The position numbers and the translations under genes were made by a program. A stretch of 64,000 bases of DNA from Longimicrobiales bacterium (GTDB lineage: Bacteria > Gemmatimonadota > Gemmatimonadetes > Longimicrobiales > Gaopeijiaceae). How positions within the stretch are numbered: position 1 is the stretch's first letter; each line of letters opens with the position of its first letter. The notes under the pieces are model-generated. The model saw nothing but the letters and a program-made list of their open reading frames with translations, was not told the DNA's origin and did no database searches. Shown here in pieces: positions 18,435 to 27,428 of this stretch. The stretch spans positions 928,001-992,000 of the forward strand of contig CBDDCX010000008.1 in the NCBI GenBank assembly GCA_965226375.1. The letters are read 5' to 3'.

Positions 18435-19861
18435 TGGCTATCGAGCGGGCGTCCAATGCCCTAAGTGGCGACGATCTGCGGCGGCTGGCCCTCGAGGGAC
18501 ATGTGCACTTCATGGGTGTTGGCGGTGCCGGCATGTGTGCGCTGGCGGAGCTCTTTGCCCGGGAAGGGGGCCGAGTCACGGGCTGTGATCTTCGTCCCGG
18601 GGCCAGCACGGAACGCCTACGAGCGATGGACGTGACCGTCCATGAGGGGCACGGGCCGGAGCACGTCGAGGGGGCGGGCGCCTTGGTGGTGAGCGTTGCC
18701 GTACCCGCTGATCATCCCGAGATCCTCGAGGCTCGCAGCCGTGGAATCCCGGTGCTGAAGAGGGCCGAGGCTCTCGGCCGGTGGGTGAACCAAGGTAGGG
18801 TCCTTGCCGTTGCGGGTACCCACGGCAAGACGTCCACCACCGCCATGGCTACACAGATTCTCACGGAGGCGGGGCTGGACCCCACCGGGTTCGTGGGCGG
18901 TCGTGTACCCGGGTGGAACGGCAATCTGCGGCCGGGCGGCGACCTGTATGTGGTCGAGGCGGACGAGTACGATCGCTCCTTCCTCGAGCTCGAGCCCACG
19001 GTGGCTGTGGTGACCAACGTCGAGGCCGATCACCTCGACACGTACGGTGGGTTCGACGCGGTCATGGCGGCGTTCTACGAGTTCCTCGAGGCTCTCCCGG
19101 ACGACGGTCGCGTAATGATCTGTGGTGACGATCATGGAGCGAGTCGACTCCTGGCCGGGCTCAATGGCGTCGGCTACACCTACGGCACGGCAGCCGGGTC
19201 GCAGCTGCGCGCCGTGGACATACAAGCAGGCCCCGCCGGCATGGACTTCGGGATCGTCGAAGACGGTATCGATCGAGGGTCGTTCAGCCTTCCGGCGCCC
19301 GGTGTGCACAACTTGCGGAACGCCTTGGGCGCCGCCGGCGCAGCCCGCTGCTTCGGGGCGGAATGGGTTGATGTCCGGCGGGGGCTGGTGGCGTACAAAG
19401 GCGTGGATCGCCGCTTCCAGACCCTGGGCCTGGTAAATGAAATCCTGTTAGTGGACGACTACGCACACCACCCGTCCGAGATCTCGGCCACCCTCGAGGC
19501 CGCCCGGGAGGCCCACCCCGATCGCAGATTGGTTGCCGTCTTCCAGCCGCACCTCTTCAGTCGGACGCGGGACTTCGCGGATGACTTCGGACGGGCGCTG
19601 GCCGGAGCCGACGTCGTCTGGGTCACGGACGTCTTCCCGGCTCGCGAGGCGCCCATCGCGGGCGTATCAGGCGAGTTGGTGTCGGACGCCGTCGAGCGCG
19701 CCGGGGGTGGTGTGCGTTATCACCCGGAGCTGGAATCCCTCGCAGAAGCCGTGGCCGCGGATCTGGTGCCGGGGGATCTCCTGTTGACCATGGGAGCCGG
19801 TTCGGTCGAAATCGTGGCCCCCCGCGTACTCGCACTCCTCGAGGCGGTGCGTCGTGCGTAG
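18434..19861 (+). CDS. murC: UDP-MurNAc-L-alanine ligase
   Basis: HFMGVGGAGM, GTHGKTSTT, EADEYD, DDYAHHP, FQPH. Confidence 0.96.
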   Translation: MAIERASNALSGDDLRRLALEGHVHFMGVGGAGMCALAELFAREGGRVTGCDLRPGASTERLRAMDVTVHEGHGPEHVEGAGALVVSVAVPADHPEILEARSRGIPVLKRAEALGRWVNQGRVLAVAGTHGKTSTTAMATQILTEAGLDPTGFVGGRVPGWNGNLRPGGDLYVVEADEYDRSFLELEPTVAVVTNVEADHLDTYGGFDAVMAAFYEFLEALPDDGRVMICGDDHGASRLLAGLNGVGYTYGTAAGSQLRAVDIQAGPAGMDFGIVEDGIDRGSFSLPAPGVHNLRNALGAAGAARCFGAEWVDVRRGLVAYKGVDRRFQTLGLVNEILLVDDYAHHPSEISATLEAAREAHPDRRLVAVFQPHLFSRTRDFADDFGRALAGADVVWVTDVFPAREAPIAGVSGELVSDAVERAGGGVRYHPELESLAEAVAADLVPGDLLLTMGAGSVEIVAPRVLALLEAVRRA

Positions 19862-20615
19862 GCTCCTCCGCGCCGGGCGCTGGCTCTCGGTGGCCGGTGG
19901 CGTGGCACTCGCGGCCGCGTGGCTTCCCGACGCGCTCGCGGAGCTCGAGTACTTCCGGGCGACCGAATTCAGAGTTGTCGGGGTTCGAATCGTCGACGTG
20001 GACGAGATCATCGAGACGGCCGCCATCCCGGGGTACGCGAGCGTTTTCGATGCTGCGGATTCATGGGAGCGCCGCCTCGAGCGTCACCCGCTCATCCGCC
20101 GCGCTGAGATCACGCGAGATCTCCCGGCGACCTTGATCGTCACGGTAGAGGAGAGGGTTCCCGTCGCCTTTGTCGCGAACACTCTTCTCGACCCCGTGGA
20201 CCGGGATGGACAGGTGCTGCCTCTGGACCCGAGTGAGCATCGGCTGGATCTGCCCCTTCTTCGTGCGGATCTGGGCGCAACGGAGCTCACCAGGTCACAA
20301 CTGCGCATTCTGGCTCTGGAGGTCGAACGCCTCACGGCCGACGATCCGTCGTTCATGGCTGCCGTGTCCGAGATCGCACTCGACGACAAGGGCGATGCGA
20401 CGGTCATCGTGGACGGGAACATGCGAGTCCGATTCCGCCCGCCGCTGTCCCATCGCCGGCTACAGGATGGACTCGCGGCCCTGGAAGACGCCGGCCGGCG
20501 TCGACCGAACCAACGAGCGACCATCGTGGATCTTCGATATGCCGACCAGGTGGTGGTCTCCTATCGGCGCTCCGGTACACTCGCTGCCGACCAAACTCTT
20601 GGGACGGGTAACTAG
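19854..20615 (+). CDS. ftsQ: Cell division protein FtsQ
   Basis: N-terminal TM helix, POTRA domain, VEERVPVA, C-terminal DLRY; precedes ftsA. Confidence 0.85.
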   Translation: MRRLLRAGRWLSVAGGVALAAAWLPDALAELEYFRATEFRVVGVRIVDVDEIIETAAIPGYASVFDAADSWERRLERHPLIRRAEITRDLPATLIVTVEERVPVAFVANTLLDPVDRDGQVLPLDPSEHRLDLPLLRADLGATELTRSQLRILALEVERLTADDPSFMAAVSEIALDDKGDATVIVDGNMRVRFRPPLSHRRLQDGLAALEDAGRRRPNQRATIVDLRYADQVVVSYRRSGTLAADQTLGTGN

Positions 20616-21845
20616 ATGCACTCCATCCTCATCGCCGGTGTCGACCTGGGGACGACGAAGACCTGCGCGGTCATCGCCGAAGTCCACGAGGATCCGTTCA
20701 TGCGGCGCGAACTGAAGATTCTCGGGGTGGGACAAGCCAAGAGCACGGGCATGCGCCAGGTCGTCACCCATATCGAGGAGACCACGGAGTCCGTCAAAGC
20801 CGCCCTCGAAGAGGCCGAGCTCATGGCCGGCGTGAACGTCGATCGGGTCTACGTCGGCATCAGCGGCGAGCACATCAAGGCCATGACGTCTCCAGGAGTC
20901 GTCGCCGTCACCGAAGACGAGGTATCGCGCTTCGACCTACAGCGCGTCCACGAGGTGGCTCGGGCCGTAGCCCATCCGCCGGATCGGGAACTGCTCCACG
21001 CCATCCCGCAGGACTACATCGTGGACCACCAGCGGGGCATCAAGGATCCTATCGGCATGGTGGGCACGCGCCTCGAGGCTGAGGTCTACCTGGTGACCGG
21101 CTCCTCTTCTGCCGCCGAGAACATCAGGAAGTCGGTGCAGCGGGCCGGTTATCGGGTTCAGGAACTGGTTCTCGAGCCGCTGGCCGCGGCGCGATCGGTG
21201 CTGACCGAGGACGAGAAGGAAGTCGGTGTGGCCATGGTAGACATGGGCGCCTGCACCACGGATCTGGCGGCCTATTACGACGGAGAGATCCATCACGTGG
21301 CCGTGCTTCCCATGGGTGGGATCACGGTGACGAACGACCTGGTCCGGGGGCTCTCGATTCCGTTCGCCGAGGCCAAGAAGGCCAAGGAGCACTTTGCCGT
21401 CGCCTTCGCCCAGATGGTGGACCCCCAGGAAACCGTTGAGGTGCCGGGACCGAGCCCGGGGCAGAAACGGCATGTGGCACGGGAGCTTATCGCCCACGTG
21501 GTGGAGCAGCGCCTCGACGAGATGTTCGGCCTTGTCCAGGGCGAGCTGGATCGACACGGGCTGCTCAACAAGCTGGGCGCCGGAATCGTGCTGACGGGCG
21601 GCGCCTCGGCGCTGTACGGGACAGCGGAGCTGGCTCGGCAGGTGTTCGCCGCCCCAGTTCGGTGTGGTGCGCCCGGAGAGGGTCTGGGTGGGCTAGCCGA
21701 CTCAGTGGGCCGACCGAGGTTCGCCACTGCCGCCGGCCTGGTCCTGTACGGGGCCGACCGCTTCGAACAGACGGGAGAGGGCGCGTCCACGCTTACGTCC
21801 GGCCTGGTCTCAAAGGTCGGCTCGTGGCTCAGGGAATTCTTTTAG
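20616..21845 (+). CDS. ftsA: Cell division protein FtsA
   Basis: DLGTTK, DMGACTT, VLTGGAS, C-terminal amphipathic WLREFF. Confidence 0.96.
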   Translation: MHSILIAGVDLGTTKTCAVIAEVHEDPFMRRELKILGVGQAKSTGMRQVVTHIEETTESVKAALEEAELMAGVNVDRVYVGISGEHIKAMTSPGVVAVTEDEVSRFDLQRVHEVARAVAHPPDRELLHAIPQDYIVDHQRGIKDPIGMVGTRLEAEVYLVTGSSSAAENIRKSVQRAGYRVQELVLEPLAAARSVLTEDEKEVGVAMVDMGACTTDLAAYYDGEIHHVAVLPMGGITVTNDLVRGLSIPFAEAKKAKEHFAVAFAQMVDPQETVEVPGPSPGQKRHVARELIAHVVEQRLDEMFGLVQGELDRHGLLNKLGAGIVLTGGASALYGTAELARQVFAAPVRCGAPGEGLGGLADSVGRPRFATAAGLVLYGADRFEQTGEGASTLTSGLVSKVGSWLREFF

Positions 21846-21888
21846 CAACGTGAACGAGCACAACCAACCCCCACGCGGGAGTTAGCAC

Positions 21889-23049
21889 ATGATGATTTTT
21901 GAATTCGAAGATACTCCGATCCAGAACGCCCGGATGAAGGTGGTCGGAGTCGGGGGAGCCGGCGGAAACGCCGTAAACCGGATGGTCGACGAGGACTTGG
22001 AGGGTGTCGAGTTCATCACGGCCAACACCGACGCCCAGGCTCTGAAGGGTTCCCGGGCCCAGGTGACCATGCAGTTGGGCAAGAAGCTGACCCGCGGGTT
22101 GGGGGCAGGGGCCCGACCGGAGATCGGCCGTCAGGCCGTCGCGGAGAGCGCCGACGAGGTACGTAAGGTCCTCGAGGGGGCGGATCTGGTCTTCATCACC
22201 GCCGGCATGGGCGGAGGAACCGGAACCGGCGCCGCGCCCATCATCGGTGAGATCGCTCGTGAGATGGGAGCGCTCACCATCGGGATCGTGACCAAGCCGT
22301 TCTCCTTCGAGGGCAAGAAGCGCGAGCGGCAGGCGGACCAGGGACTCGCCGAACTGCGTCGGACCGTCGACACGATGATCTGCGTCCCCAACGACCGCCT
22401 CATGTCGGTGGTACCCAAGGGCACGTCGTTCCGAGACGCGCTGAAGAAGGCGGACGAAGTCCTCCTCCACGCCACGCAGGGCATCAGCGACCTGATCCGT
22501 GTCTCTGGAGAGGTGAACGTCGACTTCGCGGACGTGCGCACCATCATGGCATGCCGTGGACCCGCCCTGATGGGGTCCGGGTTCGGCGAGGGAGACAACC
22601 GCGCCCAGGAAGCGGCTCAGGAAGCCGTCTCCTCACCGTTGTTGGACAACGTGTCCATCAACGGCGCCCAAGGAGTGTTGATCAACATCACCGGGGGCAT
22701 GGATCTCGCCATTGACGAGGTCCACCAGATATCGACTATTATTCAAGAAGAGGCCGGCGACGAGGCGGAGATCATTTTCGGTGCGGTGCACGACCCGTCG
22801 TTGGAGGGCAAGATCCGGGTCACGGTCATCGCGACGGGCTTCGACGATGTGATCCGTCCGGACTTCGGCAGGCAGAGTTCAAGACAGGCTCAGCCACAAC
22901 GGCACGTGATCGAGCAGCCGCTGCAGGTGGCCGTCGGTGGCAGCCCGGCGGGGGTGGTACCACTACCCCGGCTTCCGGAGCGGGTCGTAACGCGGGAGCA
23001 GATCGGAGAGCTGGACATTCCGACCTTCATCCGCCGGCAGATGGACTGA
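21889..23049 (+). CDS. ftsZ: Cell division protein FtsZ
   Basis: GGGTGTG tubulin motif, NVDFADV, C-terminal LDIPTFIRR. Confidence 0.99.
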   Translation: MMIFEFEDTPIQNARMKVVGVGGAGGNAVNRMVDEDLEGVEFITANTDAQALKGSRAQVTMQLGKKLTRGLGAGARPEIGRQAVAESADEVRKVLEGADLVFITAGMGGGTGTGAAPIIGEIAREMGALTIGIVTKPFSFEGKKRERQADQGLAELRRTVDTMICVPNDRLMSVVPKGTSFRDALKKADEVLLHATQGISDLIRVSGEVNVDFADVRTIMACRGPALMGSGFGEGDNRAQEAAQEAVSSPLLDNVSINGAQGVLINITGGMDLAIDEVHQISTIIQEEAGDEAEIIFGAVHDPSLEGKIRVTVIATGFDDVIRPDFGRQSSRQAQPQRHVIEQPLQVAVGGSPAGVVPLPRLPERVVTREQIGELDIPTFIRRQMD

Positions 23050-23144
23050 GAATAGCGGCCCCTGGGGCCGCTGCAGGAATAGCGGGGGCCGCTGCAGGAA
23101 TAGCGGCCCTTCGGGCCGCTGCATGAAGAGCGGCTTCTGGCCGC
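23050..23144. repeat. Four tandem palindromic (hairpin) units of 20-27 nt
   Basis: GAATAGCGGCCCCTGGGGCCGCTGCAG, GAATAGCGGGGGCCGCTGCAG, GAATAGCGGCCCTTCGGGCCGCTGCAT, GAAGAGCGGCTTCTGGCCGC. Confidence 0.85.
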
Positions 23145-23171
23145 AACACAATAGACCTAGGGCGGCAACCG

Positions 23172-24530
23172 GTGCGCGGTGAACGCGCCACGCGTTGTGC
23201 CGTAGCCATAGGGGATGAGGTGCGTTCGGGTTCAATTGTACCGCGGGTCGTCGGACTGGTGGGGCTCATGGCCCTGGGGGTCGGCCTCGTCCTGGTCAGA
23301 GGGGCAGAGGTGCCCACAGTGGCCCTCGTGGAGCCTATCTACGCCGCTCCGGCCGAGCGTGTGGAAGTACGCTCGCTCACGCAGGATCAGACGCTCGGCG
23401 ATCTCCTCTCGGGTGTCCTGGACGCCAACGCCCAGTACGGTCTGATCCTCGCCCTCCAGGAGCGGGCCAGCCCCCGCCGTATGCGCCCCGGAACCGAAGT
23501 GGCCTTCCGCTGGCTCCCGGGCGAATCCCCCACTCTACGAGCGGTCGACATCAAGATCAGCGCCGACGAGACGGTGCGCCTGGCCCCCACATCCTTTGGA
23601 TGGGACTCGGAGTTCATTGCAACTCCGGTCCTCACCGACACGGTCTGGGTGGCGGGAGAGATCCGGTCTTCCCTCTGGGAGTCGGTCTACGGCAATGAAG
23701 ACCTGGACGGCGTGGTTCTGGACGATCGGGCGGAGCTCATTTTGGAGCTGGAAAAGGTGTTCCAGTGGCAGGTCGACTTCCTGCGCCAGATTCGAACCGG
23801 AGACTTCTACCGCTTCGCCTTCGAGCGCGAGGTCCGGCCCGACGGCACCATGCGGACAGGACATGTCCTGTCCGCCGAGCTTGTGAATCGGGGGCGTAGC
23901 CTTCAAGCGCTCTGGTTCGACCCCAATGGCGACGGCAGCGGGACCTACTACGATCCGGAGGGGAACTCCGTGCGAAGGGCTTTCCTCAAGAGCCCCATCG
24001 CGTTGCGCTACCGCATTTCAAGCCGCTTCTCCAGCGACCGCCTCCACCCGATCCTCAGGACGTGGCGGGCGCATCGCGGCGTTGACTTCGCAGCCAACAC
24101 GGGAACACCGATCCGTGCGACCGGGAACGGCGTGATCACTCGACGGCGCAACGATGCGACGTACGGCAACGTGATCTACGTCGAGCACCCCAACGGATGG
24201 ACGACACGCTATGCCCACATGAGTCGCTTCGCCCCGGGATTCCGGGTCGGGACTCGGGTAGCGCAGGAGGATGTCATCGGCTACGTCGGTATGACCGGCC
24301 TGGCCAATGGCCCCCACCTCCACTACGAGATGCGCAGCCACGGTAATCCGAAGGATCCGTTGTCCGTGGATCTCCCTGCGGGTGATCCGGTGCCGACGGA
24401 CCAGTGGGACCTCTGGAAGGCCCGCAGTGGTGAGCGTCTCGCCCTGCTCGATCGGGTGCCGCTTCCGTGGGACGTCGACCTCGCCGTCAAGGTGGGTGAC
24501 GGTATCGAGTCTGACTCGGGAGCGCGGTGA
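23172..24530 (+). CDS. M23 family peptidoglycan DD-endopeptidase (MepM-like)
   Basis: HRGVDF, YAHMS, GPHLHYE; N-terminal TM helix; start uncertain (GTG 23220 plausible). Confidence 0.9.
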   Translation: MRGERATRCAVAIGDEVRSGSIVPRVVGLVGLMALGVGLVLVRGAEVPTVALVEPIYAAPAERVEVRSLTQDQTLGDLLSGVLDANAQYGLILALQERASPRRMRPGTEVAFRWLPGESPTLRAVDIKISADETVRLAPTSFGWDSEFIATPVLTDTVWVAGEIRSSLWESVYGNEDLDGVVLDDRAELILELEKVFQWQVDFLRQIRTGDFYRFAFEREVRPDGTMRTGHVLSAELVNRGRSLQALWFDPNGDGSGTYYDPEGNSVRRAFLKSPIALRYRISSRFSSDRLHPILRTWRAHRGVDFAANTGTPIRATGNGVITRRRNDATYGNVIYVEHPNGWTTRYAHMSRFAPGFRVGTRVAQEDVIGYVGMTGLANGPHLHYEMRSHGNPKDPLSVDLPAGDPVPTDQWDLWKARSGERLALLDRVPLPWDVDLAVKVGDGIESDSGAR

Positions 24531-26500
24531 CCTTTTCCTGGCTCATCTTTGGAGCCCTGGCCGTTTCTGCCGCTGCGTTCGCCGCATGGGTCTACTATCG
24601 GCGGGAGCTCCCGATACCAGGCCGGAGGGTCCTGGGCAGCGCCCGGGGGCTCGTCCTCGTCCTGGTTCTCCTGCTTCTCTGGGACCCACGTCTGCCCGGC
24701 AGCCGCGCCGGTGCGTTCGGGGGGTCGGATCGTTGGGTACTCCTCGATGGTTCGGCCAGCATGGAGGCGGGTGGGCAGGGTGGGGAGGCTGCCTGGACGG
24801 TGGCATTGGCCAGGGCCCAGGAGCTCGCCGCCGAGGGTGCACGCGTCCTTCTGTTTGGAGGTACCCCTCGAGTGGTGCCTGCCGATTCCCTTGGCACTCT
24901 CGTACCGACGGAGGGGACTTCCCGACTGGCCCCTGCATTGGCACGCGTGGCGGAATCCGGCGCCGAGGTCGTGACGATCCTTTCGGATCTGCGGTTGGAC
25001 GATCCCATCGAGACCAACCTGACCGCCGAGCGCTTGCTCCTCGAGCTCCAGAGCGAGAGCGGGGAAGAGGGGATTCGAAACGTGGGTGTGTCTCGCTTCG
25101 AGTTACCGATTAGAGCCGAGTCCGGGGACACCCTCGTGGCCGAAGTGGCGGTCTTTGCCGAAGAGGCTGGAGGTGCCGATACGATCCGGCTTCAAGTATT
25201 CGAAGAAGATCGGCTCGTCGCTTCGAGACGAGTTGCGCCTGCGGCCTTCGGACGCCTGGCCACGGCTTCGATCGCTCTTCCCGCGCCTCGTGCGTCGGGG
25301 TGGATACGATATCGCCTTTCGGCAGAGTTGGACGGAGACGAGTTCTCCGGGGACGATACCAAGGCGGCCTACGTCGAGATCGACCCCGAGGAGGGCGGTC
25401 TGGTGCTGGTGTCTCTTCAGCCCGACTGGGAGCCACGCTTTTTGCTACCGGTGCTCTCTCAGGCGACGGGCCTCGACACTCGTGGCTTCCTGGCCATGGG
25501 CGACGCCCGATACTTGCGGCTCGGCTCGGGGGCCGATGCAGGTCGGTCATCCGATGAGGCGGAGGTTAGGCGTGCCGTTTCGGGGTCTGACTTTCTCGTC
25601 CTCCACGGAGTCGGGCGCAATGCGCCCACGTGGGTCTTGGAGGCCATGGCCGGGAGTGCCCGGCTCATGATCTTCCCCGCGGATCCGGGAGGGGCCGCTG
25701 CCGCAGGTGTGAGGGCCGGTCTTCCTCTGCCCGGGGAGTGGTACCCCATGCCGGACCTGCTGCCGTCCCCTCTGGCCGCTGGTCTGGCCGGGGCAGACCT
25801 GACGGGTCTGCCTCCCCTCACCAACGTACTTCCCAGAGTGGGACCGGAGTCCGGGACCGGGCCGTTGCCGATCCAGTTGCAGGGGCGCGGTGCGGCTGAG
25901 TCGGCCCTTGTCCTGCGGGAGGATCAGGGGAGGCGCCAGGCGGTGATGCTCGCCTCGGGATTCTGGCGATGGGCGTTTCGTGAGGGGGCGGACCGACAGG
26001 TCTACCGACGGCTGTGGGCGGGTGTGGTTGGGTGGCTCCTGACCTCTACACCGGTCGTGGAAGGAGCCGGGGTGCGGCCCGCCAGACGCGTTGTGAGTAC
26101 CTCGGAAGATCTGACCTGGAGCGCGCCGGGCATGATCGGTGACTCCATCACCCTGACCCTTTCGGCCGGGGACTCGGTGGTCATGGATACCACGGTGGTC
26201 GTGGACGGCACCGGAGAGGCACGCACTGGCAGGCTTCCTGCTGCGGAGTATACCTATCGAGCCACCGTTGTCGGCGACGGGGAAGAAGTCGGGAGCGGCC
26301 GCGTGGAATCCGAGCGACACAGCCTCGAGCTGCTCAGGAGACCGGCAGAGCTCACTGCAGGGGCCGTTGCCGGAAGCGGCAGTGGGGTACGTGGGAGGAG
26401 GCCCGGACGCCCCCTACGCACACATCCCTTCCCCTACGTGTTGATCTTGGTCCTCCTGTGTGCCGAGTGGATTGGCCGCCGGCAGTGGGGACTGCGTTAG
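24527..26500 (+). CDS. Membrane-anchored vWA-like hypothetical protein
   Basis: N-terminal TM pair, MIDAS-like LLDGSASM and ILSD, C-terminal TM ending AEWIGRRQWGLR. Confidence 0.7.
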   Translation: MTFSWLIFGALAVSAAAFAAWVYYRRELPIPGRRVLGSARGLVLVLVLLLLWDPRLPGSRAGAFGGSDRWVLLDGSASMEAGGQGGEAAWTVALARAQELAAEGARVLLFGGTPRVVPADSLGTLVPTEGTSRLAPALARVAESGAEVVTILSDLRLDDPIETNLTAERLLLELQSESGEEGIRNVGVSRFELPIRAESGDTLVAEVAVFAEEAGGADTIRLQVFEEDRLVASRRVAPAAFGRLATASIALPAPRASGWIRYRLSAELDGDEFSGDDTKAAYVEIDPEEGGLVLVSLQPDWEPRFLLPVLSQATGLDTRGFLAMGDARYLRLGSGADAGRSSDEAEVRRAVSGSDFLVLHGVGRNAPTWVLEAMAGSARLMIFPADPGGAAAAGVRAGLPLPGEWYPMPDLLPSPLAAGLAGADLTGLPPLTNVLPRVGPESGTGPLPIQLQGRGAAESALVLREDQGRRQAVMLASGFWRWAFREGADRQVYRRLWAGVVGWLLTSTPVVEGAGVRPARRVVSTSEDLTWSAPGMIGDSITLTLSAGDSVVMDTTVVVDGTGEARTGRLPAAEYTYRATVVGDGEEVGSGRVESERHSLELLRRPAELTAGAVAGSGSGVRGRRPGRPLRTHPFPYVLILVLLCAEWIGRRQWGLR

Positions 26501-26504
26501 CACA

Positions 26505-27428
26505 GTGGCTCGACTGTTCAAGCACAAGAAAGAGCGCAAGAAGGGACTCTGGCGAAGGGCGGTGGACCTTGCACTGACCGATGTCCGGGTGGCCGTCGGG
26601 GGGATGGACCACGAATCGCTGGAATCCCTCGAGGAGCGTCTGCTTGCGTCCGATTTCGGGGTCGATGCAACCATGCGCCTCGTGGACCACGTAGACGGGT
26701 TGGCCCGGCGGGGGAAGGTCAGGGGCGGCAATGCGTTGCGGGCGGCCCTCATGGACGAGATGTCACGGATCCTGGAGCCGGCTGGGGAGTCCTACCTCCA
26801 CGCCGCTGACGAAGGCCCCACGGTCTACCTGGTGGTCGGGGTCAACGGAGTGGGGAAGACGACCTCCGTGGCCAAGCTAGCCCACAGGATCAAGGAGGAG
26901 GGCAAGAGCGTGCTCGTGGCCGCCGCCGACACGTTTCGGGCGGGAGCGGTTGAGCAGCTTCGCCAATGGTCCGAGCGAATCGGGGTCGACTTCGTGGCGG
27001 GTCAGTCGGGCGGTGACCCGGCGGCTGTGGCTTTCGACGCCATCGAAGCGGCCGAGGCGAGAGGCATCGACGTGGTTCTGGTGGATACGGCGGGTCGGCT
27101 CCACACTCAAAGGGGTCTCATGGAGGAGTTGGTGAAGGTGGATCGTGTGGTCAGGCGCCGCTGTGAAGGGGCGCCGCACGAGTCCCTCATCGTCTTGGAT
27201 GCCACCGTGGGCCAGAATGCCGTTTCGCAGGTTCGTGCCTTCGGGGAAGCCGTCGACCTCACGGGCATCATCCTGGCCAAGCTGGACAGCAGCGCGCGGG
27301 GCGGCATCGTGCTCGGCTTGCAGCAGGAGTTCGGACTGCCAGTCAAGCTGGTGGGCGTGGGGGAGGGGATCGACGACATAGAGGCGTTCGATCCGGATGA
27401 CTTCGTCGAGGGGGTGTTCGAGGCGTGA
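26505..27428 (+). CDS. ftsY: Signal recognition particle receptor FtsY (short NG form)
   Basis: GVNGVGKTT, DTFRAGA, DTAGRL, KLDSSARGG, GVGE. Confidence 0.96.
   Translation: MARLFKHKKERKKGLWRRAVDLALTDVRVAVGGMDHESLESLEERLLASDFGVDATMRLVDHVDGLARRGKVRGGNALRAALMDEMSRILEPAGESYLHAADEGPTVYLVVGVNGVGKTTSVAKLAHRIKEEGKSVLVAAADTFRAGAVEQLRQWSERIGVDFVAGQSGGDPAAVAFDAIEAAEARGIDVVLVDTAGRLHTQRGLMEELVKVDRVVRRRCEGAPHESLIVLDATVGQNAVSQVRAFGEAVDLTGIILAKLDSSARGGIVLGLQQEFGLPVKLVGVGEGIDDIEAFDPDDFVEGVFEA

Noticed and set aside
23050..23144. CRISPR array
   Set aside because: Units are contiguous with no unique spacers, lengths vary, and there are no cas genes in the window
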